NCBI GenBank assembly: GCA_963705505.1
Contig: CAVPJU010000003.1
Span: forward strand, 128,001 to 192,000
DNA: 64,000 nt
Direction of reading: 5' to 3'
Source: an uncultured bacterium
Lineage (GTDB): Bacteria; Desulfobacterota_D; UBA1144; Nemesobacterales; UBA2774
This document shows, piece after piece, positions 32,729 through 50,503 of the stretch (position 1 is its first letter; every line of letters starts with the position of its first letter). The position numbers and the translations under genes were made by a program. The notes under the pieces were generated by a model that worked only from the letters and a program-made list of their open reading frames with translations, ran no database searches and was not told the origin of the DNA.

Positions 32729-33526
32729 CTACACGCCCCGCCACACAGGGTCTCGCTTTTCTAAAAACGCGTCTATCCCCTCTTCCGCGTCCCGCGCCAT
32801 CATATTTTCGACCATCACGCGGCTGCAGTACTCGTAAGCGCTGCGAAGGTCCTTATCCGCCTGCTCGTAGAACGCCTTTTTGCCGATCTTAAGCGTAAGG
32901 GGGGATTTCGATGAAATTCTCTCCGCCAGCCCGTCAGCAGCGCTGTCGAGCTCGGGAGAAGGCACGACCCGGTTTATGAGCCCGATTTCGTATGCCCGGC
33001 GCGCGGAAATGAAATCCCCGGTTAGCAGCATTTCCATCGCGTGCTTTCTCGAGACATTACGCGAGAGAGCCACCATGGGAGTCGAGCAGAAAAGGCCTAT
33101 ATTTACTCCGGGAGTCGAGAACCTCGCGTTCTCGTCGGCGACCGCGAGATCGCACGTCGCGACGAGCTGACACCCGGCGGCGCTGGCCGCACCGTGGACT
33201 TTCGCGATCACGGGCTTTGGACAGTTAACTATAGAGAGCATCATACGCGAGCATGCCTCAAAGGTCTTCTCGTAAAAATCCCTTCCGGGGTTTCTCCTCA
33301 TCTCTTTAAGGTCGTGCCCCGCACAAAACCCCTTGCCCGCGCCCGACAAAATTACGACCCTGACATTTTCATCGAGGGCTATGGACTCGAACTCCGAGGT
33401 CAGCGCCTCCATACATGCAAGCGAGAGGGAGTTATAAGAGCCGGGCCTGTTCAGGACCAGCCCCGAAACAGCTCCGTTATCGTTTCTGATTACGAGTTCT
33501 TCCGAGCTTTTCTCTGCCAAAGGCAT
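32729..33526 (-). CDS. Enoyl-CoA hydratase family protein (ECHDC3-like)
   Basis: FCAGHDLKE, AAGCQLVATCDL, TPGVNIGLFCSTP, EMLLTG. Confidence 0.92.
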   Translation of the reverse strand: MPLAEKSSEELVIRNDNGAVSGLVLNRPGSYNSLSLACMEALTSEFESIALDENVRVVILSGAGKGFCAGHDLKEMRRNPGRDFYEKTFEACSRMMLSIVNCPKPVIAKVHGAASAAGCQLVATCDLAVADENARFSTPGVNIGLFCSTPMVALSRNVSRKHAMEMLLTGDFISARRAYEIGLINRVVPSPELDSAADGLAERISSKSPLTLKIGKKAFYEQADKDLRSAYEYCSRVMVENMMARDAEEGIDAFLEKRDPVWRGV

Positions 33527-33645
33527 ATAGTGCTTTCTCCGGTGGGGGTCGATCTTTATTTTAGTATATATGGAAAAAACGGGTGAGTTCAAATAGCAAG
33601 GTAATAATGTGAAGTTGATTTCAGGAAAGATTCTGCTTATACCGG

Positions 33646-33903
33646 TCAGTCGAGTCTTACCCGGTCGGTCAGTACGGTTACCTTATCGTCCCTTACCTCG
33701 GCGATCCCGCCTTCGACGATCATCTTTTTCTCATGAGAGCCTTTCTTATACCTGAGCTCCCCTTCGGCAAGGATCGTAATAAAGGGCACGTGCCCGGGCA
33801 GAACTCCGAATTCACCGACCTCGCCGGGTGCAACCACCTCGTCCACTCTTTCGTCCACGACGAGCTTCATCGGTGTTATTACTTGCAGAAGAATGTCCGC
33901 CAA
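33646..33903 (-). CDS. atpC: ATP synthase epsilon subunit (short, beta-domain only)
   Basis: ITP, GEFGVLPGHVP, GGIAEV; follows atpD. Confidence 0.93.
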   Translation of the reverse strand: MADILLQVITPMKLVVDERVDEVVAPGEVGEFGVLPGHVPFITILAEGELRYKKGSHEKKMIVEGGIAEVRDDKVTVLTDRVRLD

Positions 33904-33999
33904 TTTTATATCTCCTCGAAATCCGCTACTCTTTAAAAAACACCTTTACCGTGATTACACGGAGGCGAGCCTGCCCGCCCCCGGTTCCGGATTCTATTT

Positions 34000-36310
<2,311 letters not shown>

Positions 36311-36344
36311 TTTATTTGGTCTCGATTGTCAGGTTATTGGAAAT

Positions 36345-37883
<1,539 letters not shown>

Positions 37884-37893
37884 TTAGGGGGTT

Positions 37894-38436
37894 TCAGGAC
37901 CGCGTGAGGACGTTTCTCACTCTCTCAAGCTGGGTCTTTATACTACCATCGAACACTTTATCTTCAACCTTTGTAATTATTCCGCCGATTATTCCCGGAT
38001 CGACCTTTGACGTAACCTCGATGTCCTGTCCGATCGCCTTGGTCAATGCGCTTTTTATCCTCGCGAGATCGGATTCCGAAGGCTCCGTCGCCATAATGAC
38101 TTCCGCCCTCAGTCTGCCCGAGGCTTTCCTCAGCTTCTGAACGACCGTCTGCTCGGATTTTACGAGCGATTTAACCTTATCGAGCTCGATCGCGAGCGTC
38201 AGGAAATTGACGGTCAGCTTATCGTAGCCCTTCCTCGCCCCGATATCGTCCACGATCCCCTTCCTTTCCTGAAAATCGAAAGTCGAGCTCCAGAGTATGT
38301 TCCTCACCTCTTCCGTACCGGAGAGTAATTTAAAAAAATCCTCGAGGTCCGAAGTCACACGGTCGAGCTTTCCTTCTTCCCTCGCGCTCTCTATGAGCGC
38401 CTCCGTAAGGTCTCTCAGTGTTGCGATTGATGCCAT
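37894..38436 (-). CDS. atpH: ATP synthase delta subunit
   Basis: VDPGIIGG, DGSIKTQL; operon position. Confidence 0.92.
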   Translation of the reverse strand: MASIATLRDLTEALIESAREEGKLDRVTSDLEDFFKLLSGTEEVRNILWSSTFDFQERKGIVDDIGARKGYDKLTVNFLTLAIELDKVKSLVKSEQTVVQKLRKASGRLRAEVIMATEPSESDLARIKSALTKAIGQDIEVTSKVDPGIIGGIITKVEDKVFDGSIKTQLERVRNVLTRS

Positions 38437-38969
38437 TTTTCTTCCTCTATATTTTTGGTGAATTCCTCGACGAACCTTTCCTTATCGGAATCGCCCAGGC
38501 TCCGCCTGATTATCGTTTCCGCGTTCCCGAGCGCCAGGTTTACGACTTCAGACTGAATCTCGCGCTTGGCGCGTTCCGTCTGGAGCGCTATCGTCTCCCT
38601 CGCCTCCTTTCTTATAATCTCGGAAGCCGATTCGGCCTGCTTCAAGAGCTCGCTCCTCTCGGACTCTCCCTGCTTACGGAGCGTATCTTTCAGGGAATTA
38701 ATCTCCGTCTCGATCGCCTGAAGCTTCCTGGCAAATTCCTCGTACTTGGACTTCGCCTCCCCGATCGTCTTCTGAGCCACATCGATCTCGTGCCCGATCG
38801 TGCCGCGTCTTTCCACGAGGAAATTCTTTATCGGGGTCTTAAGGAAATACACGAGCACGCCTAGGAGAATTATCAGGTTGACGGTGTGCTCCATTACGAA
38901 CCGCCAGTTAAACGCCTCGGGCTCCGAGGCGGCTGTGAGGAGAAGATTGATTATTCCGTATTCCGTCAT
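38415..38969 (-). CDS. atpF: ATP synthase subunit b
   Basis: TM helix (VNLIILLGVLVYFL), ERR, long coiled coil. Confidence 0.88.
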   Translation of the reverse strand: MTEYGIINLLLTAASEPEAFNWRFVMEHTVNLIILLGVLVYFLKTPIKNFLVERRGTIGHEIDVAQKTIGEAKSKYEEFARKLQAIETEINSLKDTLRKQGESERSELLKQAESASEIIRKEARETIALQTERAKREIQSEVVNLALGNAETIIRRSLGDSDKERFVEEFTKNIEEEKWHQSQH

Positions 38970-39478
38970 ACACCGGCCTCCCTGCCCAAGATCCTGGACG
39001 CAATTTCCTTCGACAGCATCTGAACGTCGCCCTTAAGCTTCTCTTTTATCACTTCCGACTCCGACTCCAGCTTCTTTTTCGCTTCGTCCAGGAGTCCCGC
39101 TGTCTCCTCCCTGGTTTTCGAAATAATTCCGCTTGCGGCGGCCTCGGCCTCGCGGACTATTTTATTCCGCTCCTCCTGGGCCTGAGCCCTGGCGTCATTA
39201 AGCTTCGCTTCGTATTCGAGAATTATCTCCTTAACCTTCTCTTCGAGCTCTTTGGCTTCCCCGATCGCCCCTTTCGTGAGCTTCTCGCGCCTGTCGATAA
39301 GCTCCATGAAGGGTTTGAAAACGAGCGTGTTCAGAATGAATATTGCGGCGATAAATATTACTATCTGGATGATTACGGTTTTGTTAACGCTCAGCAGGTC
39401 TTCGGCTGCGAAGGCTTGAGACGCGGATATGAGCAGTAACATCAAAGAGACCGCAGAGACAAATTTCTTTTGTTTCAT
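38966..39478 (-). CDS. ATP synthase subunit b'
   Basis: QIVIF...LNTLVFKP..ELIDRRE, coiled coil, ASRILGR. Confidence 0.88.
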   Translation of the reverse strand: MKQKKFVSAVSLMLLLISASQAFAAEDLLSVNKTVIIQIVIFIAAIFILNTLVFKPFMELIDRREKLTKGAIGEAKELEEKVKEIILEYEAKLNDARAQAQEERNKIVREAEAAASGIISKTREETAGLLDEAKKKLESESEVIKEKLKGDVQMLSKEIASRILGREAGV

Positions 39479-39514
39479 GATTCCGATATCTCCTTTACGT
39501 GTGTGTGGCGCAGG

Positions 39515-39922
39515 CTACACCGTCTTCGTATCTCCCGCAAAAGCGATTTTGAGGAGAGGGGGAGCAATAAAAGCAGTCAGCATTACCATAACCGTTCCAG
39601 CAGAAAAAAGCTCCGAATTGAATACGCAGCGACCAAGACCTGTTTGCGAGGAAATATGCCCTGCTTTTCCCCGGGGAATCGCCCCGGACCCGCCGGCGGC
39701 TTTATTTACGCCATACTGAACTGAAACCCCGCCGTTAACAAATTTACCCACTGCAGCGGCAATGAAAAGTACCCCTGAAGCTATCAGTACGGGGATAATT
39801 TTAATGACAACGGGATTTAACACGCCTGAATCCGCCGCCCTACCCATAATCGAGAGTATGTATATGAGTGCGAATGCAAAAAAGAACTTTTCTATGGTGT
39901 TATGGTTTCCTTCTAAACTCAT
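39515..39922 (-). pseudogene. Internally deleted/degenerate cation:proton antiporter (CPA2) remnant
   Basis: AVGKFVNG, IPRGK (cf. PRGE), MVMLTAFIAPPLLK match antiporter C-terminal helices; only 135 aa. Confidence 0.55.
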
Positions 39923-40132
39923 TTATGGGCTTAATTCCTTAAGGGCAGAAAATTAAAAAAACGAAAGTATTTAACATGAAATCATAGGAGTGTCAAACAA
40001 TTTAACCGCACATACACAATCCGGCAGAGAATCAGCTCTCACTTTACCGTTGTCCGAAACTTATTAATATCCCCGCAGGGGACAATGAGGATGAGAAAAC
40101 GCGGACCGTACGAAAAGTCCGTGCCCCCCGGC

Positions 40133-41092
40133 TTAAGCTATACCCTTTTCCTTATTAAATTTATCGAGCTCTATATCGTACTCGGTATAAATCCCGAGGG
40201 AATGGAGGAATTCATTTGCCTCTTCCAGGCTCTTTGCCTTGGATACGGAGCGTGAAAGGCCCGACAGCTTTTCATAGAGCACGCCGGCAGAGAAGTAATA
40301 TGTGACAGTGGATGACATGGAGAGGCTCACCTGTCTCCTCCCGCTCCTTATGCTCGTATCGGAGAACTCCCCCTTTGCATAGAGCGTCGGCATACGGCTT
40401 GCCTCGGTAGGAACTACGGAGATCAGTTTTTCGAGGAGTCCTAGCGCCTCTTTCGTAATCCCCCAGCTGCCGAGGAGCGCCCCTTCCCTCGCAAGTATGG
40501 CCATCGACCTCTCGAGCTCCTCATGAGTGAGCTCCCCGTCGCTCCCGAACCCGAAGAGTCCCATCACGGTCGGAATCCTCTTTTCAATAATTGCGAACGC
40601 AGCGGTCATTATGGAGTCGGCGAGGGGGCTCATAAGGCCGGGCTCGTTCCCGAGCGCGAGCAAATCCCCTCCGACGTCTATGCCGACTATCAAATCCGCG
40701 CCCAGTTCATGCGCAGCATGGAGTATCCCTTCCGCGACGGCCTCGGGGCCCGGGTGTATGTCCACCAAAAGCGTTTCGACCCCCAGAACCTCGGCGACGC
40801 CCGATTCGGCGAACCTTACTCCGGTGCTTGTGACGGTGTCCTTATTGGCGAACCAGACGACTTCGTTCAGCTTACGGGCGTTTCTTACCTCGTCGAACTT
40901 CCGGGGGCCGGGCATGGGGTCGATGACGGACCTCTCCCAGGAGAGACCGCCGAAAACGCATTCGACGCCGAACATTCCCAGCAGGTCGGCAGTGGGTATA
41001 GTACCTACGATGTCCCCGCCGCCGCCGATGCCGATGAGTATGGCTTTATTCGATTTCGAGATTATATGTTTAAGTGACAGGTTCCCTGACAA
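40133..41092 (-). CDS. DUF1152 family protein
   Basis: GIGGGGD, GIDVGGD, SPLADS, GSDGEL, TEAS. Confidence 0.8.
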   Translation of the reverse strand: MSGNLSLKHIISKSNKAILIGIGGGGDIVGTIPTADLLGMFGVECVFGGLSWERSVIDPMPGPRKFDEVRNARKLNEVVWFANKDTVTSTGVRFAESGVAEVLGVETLLVDIHPGPEAVAEGILHAAHELGADLIVGIDVGGDLLALGNEPGLMSPLADSIMTAAFAIIEKRIPTVMGLFGFGSDGELTHEELERSMAILAREGALLGSWGITKEALGLLEKLISVVPTEASRMPTLYAKGEFSDTSIRSGRRQVSLSMSSTVTYYFSAGVLYEKLSGLSRSVSKAKSLEEANEFLHSLGIYTEYDIELDKFNKEKGIA

Positions 41093-41610
41093 GCTCCCGC
41101 TCCAATTTCATTTATATCGGAATCCGCGCAATATAATCTACTGAAAGATGGGCAACTTTCAATCAATTTGTGTTGTAAGGGAATCAGACCGCGGGTGCCT
41201 ATGAGGGATTTACGACCCGGGCTCTTCGAGAAGTATAAAAAGGACGTTGTCGCTGAAAGCGGGGGATTTGGTCAGCCCCAGGTTCGGCCTTCGCACAGGC
41301 CATTAATACCGCAAAAGATGTAAATAGGACCGAAAACAGCTTTTTCATGGCCTCCCCCACCTTGATCCCGCTTAATTTCTGATACGCCTGTTAGCTTCAG
41401 ACGAAATATGAATGAAATTGGATTTATATATTTGGCCGGATATAGCAGAGCCTTCCGACTCTGCTCGTTGGCTCTCGGATTATGTATTCAGGCTGATAGA
41501 TTCATGTTTCGATAAACTTGGGATTGGATCGAGGCCGGAAACTGAAATTATTTTAGACAGAGCTCCGCCCTCTAAAAAGATTTCGTTCAACTTCCGTTGC
41601 TATGATATTT

Positions 41611-41877
41611 TTATTCGGCGAACCGGATACCGAGCCTGACCTGCGTTATCGCCTGGTTGACAAGCTCTAAAGCCTGAACCCTGTGCCCGCCCTTATCGGG
41701 GGACGATACTTCCAGGTTGATCCGAGCCGCATGCAGATTACCGAGCGCCTGCTCCATGTTCGGCTGATAACCGGGCTGGGCATTCGCTTCCCTGAACATA
41801 TTGAATGTCCCCATAAGGACCGCGGCAAAGAGAACGCCCGCTAAAAACGGCAGTGAAACTTTTATTATCCTCGACAT
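41611..41877 (-). CDS. Small secreted helical protein
   Basis: AAGGAG RBS; signal peptide; QPNMEQAL...DKGGHRVQAL...AI..V..GI pattern. Confidence 0.75.
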   Translation of the reverse strand: MSRIIKVSLPFLAGVLFAAVLMGTFNMFREANAQPGYQPNMEQALGNLHAARINLEVSSPDKGGHRVQALELVNQAITQVRLGIRFAE

Positions 41878-41972
41878 GACGACTCTCCTTATTGAAATGG
41901 AATTTATAGAAATAATAAAGCAGTTGATTAATTACCGCAAGTCGAATTCACTGACCGGAGACTGCACAAACA

Positions 41973-43691
41973 TTACCGCTTGACCTTGTACCCCGCCTTC
42001 TCTCTGTCCCAGGTATCTTTGGTGATCCCCATCTCACGCAGCTTATTCTTCTGAACCCTTTCCGTCCCCGTTTTGGGCAGTGTAGCTTCAAACCTCACGA
42101 ATCTCGGGAGCATGAAGTGAGGCATCCTGGGCTCGAGATATTCCATGAGACCGTGCGGCTCGACTTTCTTGCCCTTCTTGAGGACAACGAAGATCATGAC
42201 CTCGTCCTCGGCGTACCTCCCGCCCTCCGCCTTAATGCCTATTACACCGCACTCCTCGACTTCGGGGTGGGAGCTCACTATCTTCTCGACCTCGAACGAG
42301 CTTATATTCTCGCCCCTCCTCCTGATATAGTCCTTCACCCTGTCCACGAAATATATATACCCTTCCTTGTCCATCATTCCCGCGTCCCCCGTATGGAACC
42401 AGAAGTTCCTGAAATCCTGAACGGTTTTCTCGGGCATCTTGTTGTAGAAGTGGAGCATTATATTGGGTGTTCTAGGGCGGACTATAATCTCGCCCACGTG
42501 ACCCCTCGGGACCTCCTCGTCCGTCTCCGGGTCAGAGATCTTGATCTCATACCCGGGCGCTTCCTTGCCGCACGAGCCCACCCTGAAAGGCTCGCCGGGC
42601 CTCATCCACGTGCACTGCCCGATCTCCGTAAGCCCGTACCCTTCCATGAACCTGATATTAAAGCGCTCCATGAATTTCTCTATTATGTCGTGAGGCGCCG
42701 GGGAGCCCAGAACGAGCTTTGCCCTGTGCTCCTTCTCCTCGGGCACCGGGGGGGTATTCCACATGAAATAGGCCATAGTACCGACTATGTTGAATTTGGT
42801 CACTCCGTGGTCCTTGATCCATTTCCAGAACTGGCTCGCCGAGTACTTCTCCTCGACGACCACCTTCGCCCCCTTTATGAGCGCGGGGTATACCGACATC
42901 ACCATCGCGTTCGAATGATATAGCGGCAGACAGGTAAAGCAGACGTCTTTGGGTCCCACATCCATGATCTCGGCGTAGTTCCTAGCGCTCGAGTAATCGG
43001 CAGCGCAGGGCCTCACCACCCCTTTTGACCTGCCGGTCGTCCCCGATGTGTACATGAGACGGGCGTAATCCATGAAGGTAACTTCGACACCGGGGTCCGT
43101 GCTCTTCCGGGAAGTTATGAACCCGGCATATGAGATCATGCTCTTAAAATTGAACCCGTGTTTCTCGAATTTATCGCTGCCGCTCCTCGTCCATACTATC
43201 ACATGCTCGAGCTGGGGCAGGTACTTCGCGATGGGAGGCATTCTGTCGAGATATTCCTCCGCTATGAACAGGACCTTTGAATCGGAGCTGTCCAGTATGT
43301 ACTGGAGGAAGTCCATTTTATACGCTGTATTTATGGGGACCATGACGGCGCCGATGGTCAATATGCCGAACCACGTGATTACGTAGTCATCCGAATTAGG
43401 CATATAGACCGCAACTTTCTCACCTTTCTCTATGCCGAGATTGAGGAGCCCGTTTCCGATCTTGTTTGCATACCGGCTTGTTTTAAAAAAGCTCCAGGGC
43501 TTCCTGTAACCGAACTGGAGAAAGGGTTTTTTACCCAGCTTCTTTGCCTGCGCTTTGAGAATCTTGGGAAGCACCCAGTTGCTTTTATCCTGACCCACAT
43601 ACCACTCCACATCGAACTTCCCGTTCTCCCTCTTGTACGTAATCGTGTGCATCAGGTCGCGGCCTTTTTTCCGCTTGAGTTTTGCTGCCAT
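41973..43691 (-). CDS. Acyl-CoA ligase, crotonobetaine/carnitine-CoA ligase (CaiC)-like
   Basis: YTSGTTGRSKG, GYGLTE, WFHTGD, DRVKDYIRRRGENISSFEVE, LPKT. Confidence 0.9.
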   Translation of the reverse strand: MAAKLKRKKGRDLMHTITYKRENGKFDVEWYVGQDKSNWVLPKILKAQAKKLGKKPFLQFGYRKPWSFFKTSRYANKIGNGLLNLGIEKGEKVAVYMPNSDDYVITWFGILTIGAVMVPINTAYKMDFLQYILDSSDSKVLFIAEEYLDRMPPIAKYLPQLEHVIVWTRSGSDKFEKHGFNFKSMISYAGFITSRKSTDPGVEVTFMDYARLMYTSGTTGRSKGVVRPCAADYSSARNYAEIMDVGPKDVCFTCLPLYHSNAMVMSVYPALIKGAKVVVEEKYSASQFWKWIKDHGVTKFNIVGTMAYFMWNTPPVPEEKEHRAKLVLGSPAPHDIIEKFMERFNIRFMEGYGLTEIGQCTWMRPGEPFRVGSCGKEAPGYEIKISDPETDEEVPRGHVGEIIVRPRTPNIMLHFYNKMPEKTVQDFRNFWFHTGDAGMMDKEGYIYFVDRVKDYIRRRGENISSFEVEKIVSSHPEVEECGVIGIKAEGGRYAEDEVMIFVVLKKGKKVEPHGLMEYLEPRMPHFMLPRFVRFEATLPKTGTERVQKNKLREMGITKDTWDREKAGYKVKR

Positions 43692-43899
43692 TTTTATGTC
43701 CCCTCTCGAGTGCTCTCGAATAATTGATCGCACAAAATTTTAACAGAAACCGATATAAAAAGCCCGCTTATCGATTTCATTTTCTACTTTATTTTTTTAT
43801 GGGGAAAAGTCAAGCTTGTGGAGGCCCTCGCTCGATAACAGTCGACGCCTGAGAAATAATCCGGCGTCGCCGGGCAATCCAGGGTGTTCTCAGAATTCT

Positions 43900-44670
43900 C
43901 TATGAATCCGCACTGTCGGATCCGGACTCCGTCTCTTCGCCTGCGGGCTTCTTTTTCCCGAACATCCACGCCACCAGGATACCGAGCTCATAAAATACCA
44001 GTATGGGGATGAACATCATCATCATCGACAGGGCGTCGGTCGTCGGGGTCAGGACCGCGGCTGCGACGGCGCTCACCAGGATCGCGTACTTCCTTTGTTT
44101 TCTCAGCCATGCGCTGGTCACGATACCGATCTTGGCTAATACAAAGATCACGAGCGGGAACTCGAATATAAGACCGAAGCCCAGAATCAGAGCCATAAAG
44201 AATGAAAGGGCTTCACTGATAGACGGGAACGCCTTTACGTACTCGGACGAATATTCTTTGAGAAGAAATTCGAAAGCCGGAGGGGCCGCGACGTAATAGC
44301 AGAACGATGCGCCGAAGATGAAGAACAATGTCCCGAAGAAAATGAACGGAATGGCTATCTGCTTTTCATGCTTGTAAAGTCCCGGGGCAACGAATTTCCA
44401 GGCCTGATACAGGATAAACGGCACGGCGGCAAACAGCGCCGCAAAAAAAGAAACTTTAAGATAAGTCATGAACCCCTCTGCGGGCATCGTAAATATAAGG
44501 GAACTGCCCTTGGGGAGGTTCGTTATTATAGGGCGCATCAGGAATTCAAAAAGCCGACCGGAAAAGGCGTAAGCCGGTATAAAGCAGACGAGAACGGCAA
44601 GGAGCGACCAGAGTATCCTGCGCCTCAATTCCCCCAGGTGCTCGAGGAACGGCATTTTGGATTCATTCAT
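43900..44670 (-). CDS. tatC: Twin-arginine translocase subunit TatC
   Basis: EHLGELRRR, W.FVAPGLY..EK, FEFP, LTPTTD, YELG. Confidence 0.95.
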   Translation of the reverse strand: MNESKMPFLEHLGELRRRILWSLLAVLVCFIPAYAFSGRLFEFLMRPIITNLPKGSSLIFTMPAEGFMTYLKVSFFAALFAAVPFILYQAWKFVAPGLYKHEKQIAIPFIFFGTLFFIFGASFCYYVAAPPAFEFLLKEYSSEYVKAFPSISEALSFFMALILGFGLIFEFPLVIFVLAKIGIVTSAWLRKQRKYAILVSAVAAAVLTPTTDALSMMMMFIPILVFYELGILVAWMFGKKKPAGEETESGSDSADS

Positions 44671-44811
44671 AGATGGGGCAAAAGCTTAACTCAATAGCGT
44701 ATGGTTCTCAAACAAGAGCGTTTGAATAATATGCCAATGCGGTCTTAAGTTGCCGGAATAATAAAGCCGGGCGCGAGGGTTTGGAGGCGGGATTGTGAAG
44801 AGTCCGTGAAA

Positions 44812-44840
44812 TTGACAACAAATCATAGCTCGCATATATT
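44812..44840 (+). promoter_or_regulatory. Sigma70-like promoter of serA-hisZ-purA
   Basis: TTGACA-N17-TATATT. Confidence 0.55.
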
Positions 44841-44873
44841 GTTATCCCGTTAAATTTTATCCCTTTTCAGCTC

Positions 44874-46472
44874 TTGGAGGACAAATTGAAAGTATTGGTT
44901 ACAGACGGTATGTCCAAGGAAGGACTCACTATCCTGGAATCCGCGGAAGGACTCGACCTGGACATCAGGAAGAGCACACCTAAGGAAGAATTGGCAGGAA
45001 TCATTGGCGGTTACGATGCGATAATAATAAGAAGCGCAACTAAGCTCACGGCAGACCTCATTGAGGCCGGAAAAAACCTGAGGGTTATAGGCAGAGCGGG
45101 CATAGGCGTCGACAACGTGGACGTGGAGGCCGCGACGAAGAAAGGCATAGTCGTGATGAACACCCCCGAGGCAAACGCCATCACGACCGCCGAGCACACT
45201 ATCACACTGATGCTTTCTCTTGCTAGGCAGATACCACAGGCGCATGCGTCCATCAAGACCGGGAAATGGGAAAGGAGCAAATTCAAGGGGATCGAAATCT
45301 ACGGCAAAACGCTCGGATGCATAGGGCTCGGCAACATAGGCAAGCTCGTCGCCGAGAGGGCGCTTGGGCTAAAGATGAACGTGATTGCCTATGACCCGTT
45401 CCTCTCGAAGGAAGCGGCCGAGAAGATAGGCGTCGAGCTCGTCTCCCTCGATGAGCTGCTCAAAAGCTCGGACATCATAACGATACACACCCCTCTCACA
45501 CCCGAAACCAAAGACCTGATAAACAAAGACACGCTGGAAAAGACAAAAAAAAGATTGGTCCTTATAAACTGCGCGCGCGGGGGAGTGATAAACGAAAAAG
45601 ACATCGCCGAGGCTATAAAATCCGGCAGGGTTGCGGGCGCTGCGTTCGACGTATTTGTAAACGAGCCGCCCGAAGAGGGGAATCCGCTGCTCGATCTCGA
45701 TGAAAACGTCGTGTTCACCCCTCACTTGGGCGCTTCAACAGAAGAGGCCCAGACAAAAGTTGGGGTCGCTATCGCCGAGCAAATAGTCGATTTCCTCAAA
45801 AACGGAGTCGTTAAAAACGCGGTAAACATGCCTTCCGTAAGCCTGGATGTGCTCAAAACGATGAAGCCCTACCTTAACCTCGCGGAAAAGCTGGGGAGCC
45901 TCCAGGGACAGATATGCAAAGGCGGGGTAAAGGAACTGCACATGGAGTATGACGGCGAGGTGTCAGAGCTCGATACCGCCCCCATAACGGTTGCGGCGCT
46001 TAAGGGGTTCCTCACGCCCATGATGGACGTGGTTGTGAGCTACGTAAACGCCCCGGTAATCGCCCAGGAAAGGGGTATAAAGGTCATAGAATCGAAATCC
46101 TCGCAAGCCAAAGACTACAGGAGCCTGATATCCATCAAGGTTAAGACGGAAGAAGGCGAGAGTCATGTGTCGGGAACGATATTCGGAAAAGAAGAGCCTA
46201 GATTCGTAAGGATAAACGGTGTTACAATAGACGTAGTGCCGAAGGGCTATCTCCTCGTGAGCGAGAACAACGACAGACCGGGCTTTATAGGGGCTATGTG
46301 CTCCATACTCGGGGATAACGGCGTCAATATCGGCCTCCTCCACCTGGGAAGGGAAGCGATAGGCGGGAGGGCGATAGTTTTTACCAACGTCGACTCGCCG
46401 GTCCCGGCTAAGGTGATCGAAAAAATATCGAGTCTTCCGGATATCATTTCCGTGACGCAGGTTAAGCTTTAG
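44874..46472 (+). CDS. serA: D-3-phosphoglycerate dehydrogenase (with ASB and ACT domains)
   Basis: GRAGIGVDNVD, GLGNIG, INCARGG, TPHLGASTEEAQ, DRPG...GVNI. Confidence 0.95.
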   Translation: MEDKLKVLVTDGMSKEGLTILESAEGLDLDIRKSTPKEELAGIIGGYDAIIIRSATKLTADLIEAGKNLRVIGRAGIGVDNVDVEAATKKGIVVMNTPEANAITTAEHTITLMLSLARQIPQAHASIKTGKWERSKFKGIEIYGKTLGCIGLGNIGKLVAERALGLKMNVIAYDPFLSKEAAEKIGVELVSLDELLKSSDIITIHTPLTPETKDLINKDTLEKTKKRLVLINCARGGVINEKDIAEAIKSGRVAGAAFDVFVNEPPEEGNPLLDLDENVVFTPHLGASTEEAQTKVGVAIAEQIVDFLKNGVVKNAVNMPSVSLDVLKTMKPYLNLAEKLGSLQGQICKGGVKELHMEYDGEVSELDTAPITVAALKGFLTPMMDVVVSYVNAPVIAQERGIKVIESKSSQAKDYRSLISIKVKTEEGESHVSGTIFGKEEPRFVRINGVTIDVVPKGYLLVSENNDRPGFIGAMCSILGDNGVNIGLLHLGREAIGGRAIVFTNVDSPVPAKVIEKISSLPDIISVTQVKL

Positions 46473-49479
<3,007 letters not shown>

Positions 49480-49531
49480 ATAGAATGCCTCCGGTCAGAT
49501 TGCCGATCAGTTAAGAATTATAACACAATCC

Positions 49532-50503
49532 TCACGAATGTTTCTCGTACGCTTCGATAATTTTCCTTACCAGCGGGTGCCTTACGACATCGTTTTTAGA
49601 GAAGTACACGAAGGAAATCCCCTCTATCTTTTTCATCAGCAACTCGGCCTCGAGAAGGCCCGATCTCTCGCTTGCCGCAAGGTCCACCTGAGTGGTATCA
49701 CCGGTAATAACCGCCTTTGAGCTGTAGCCGAGCCTCGTTAGGAACATCTTCATCTGCATAGACGTGGTGTTCTGAGCCTCGTCCAGTATTATGAAAGCGT
49801 CATTCAGGGTCCTCCCCCTCATGAACGCGAGAGGGGCTACCTCTATCGCACCCTTCTCCAGGAGACGCGAGGCCTTTTCATAATCCATCATATCGTAAAG
49901 CGCATCCAGGAGCGGCCTCAAATAAGGATCGACCTTTTGTGACAGGTCGCCCGGAAGGAATCCGAGTTTCTCCCCTGCTTCGACCGCAGGCCTCGTGAGC
50001 ACTATCCTGTTGACTTCTTTATTCACGAAGGCGGATACGGCCATTGCCATCGCAAGATAAGTTTTTCCGGTTCCGGCAGGGCCGATACCGAATACGATAT
50101 CGTGTCTCCTTATCGCCTCTATATATACCTTTTGCGCAATGCTCTTGGGCGCGATAATCCTTTTCCTGGTCGACACGCACACTGTGTCCAGGAACACGTC
50201 CTCAAGCCGTATTTTCCCCTCATCCACAATCCTTGTCGCAAGCTCGATATCGGCAGGATCGAGCGTATAACCTTTTTCCAGGAGACCGTATATCTCCTTC
50301 AAAAACCTGTGCGCCGTCTCGACTCCGGCCGTCTCCCCTTCGAGGTTCAGCTTGCCGCCTCTGGAATGGATCTTTATCCCGTAATGGTTTTCAATTTCCT
50401 TCAGGTTGTCGTTATTTTCCCCGTAAAGCTCCTTGACGAGGTTATTGTCGCCGAATTCCAGTTCCCTTATATTCCCGTTCTCGATCCTTATAGTTTCCTG
50501 CAT
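49532..50503 (-). CDS. PhoH family ATPase (YbeZ-like)
   Basis: [41 protein letters not shown]. Confidence 0.95.
   Translation of the reverse strand: MQETIRIENGNIRELEFGDNNLVKELYGENNDNLKEIENHYGIKIHSRGGKLNLEGETAGVETAHRFLKEIYGLLEKGYTLDPADIELATRIVDEGKIRLEDVFLDTVCVSTRKRIIAPKSIAQKVYIEAIRRHDIVFGIGPAGTGKTYLAMAMAVSAFVNKEVNRIVLTRPAVEAGEKLGFLPGDLSQKVDPYLRPLLDALYDMMDYEKASRLLEKGAIEVAPLAFMRGRTLNDAFIILDEAQNTTSMQMKMFLTRLGYSSKAVITGDTTQVDLAASERSGLLEAELLMKKIEGISFVYFSKNDVVRHPLVRKIIEAYEKHS

Noticed and set aside
41160..41639. Riboswitch in 41160-41410 and ORF 41412-41639
   Set aside because: No recognisable aptamer; the ORF has no motif or clear RBS and overlaps a better-supported gene
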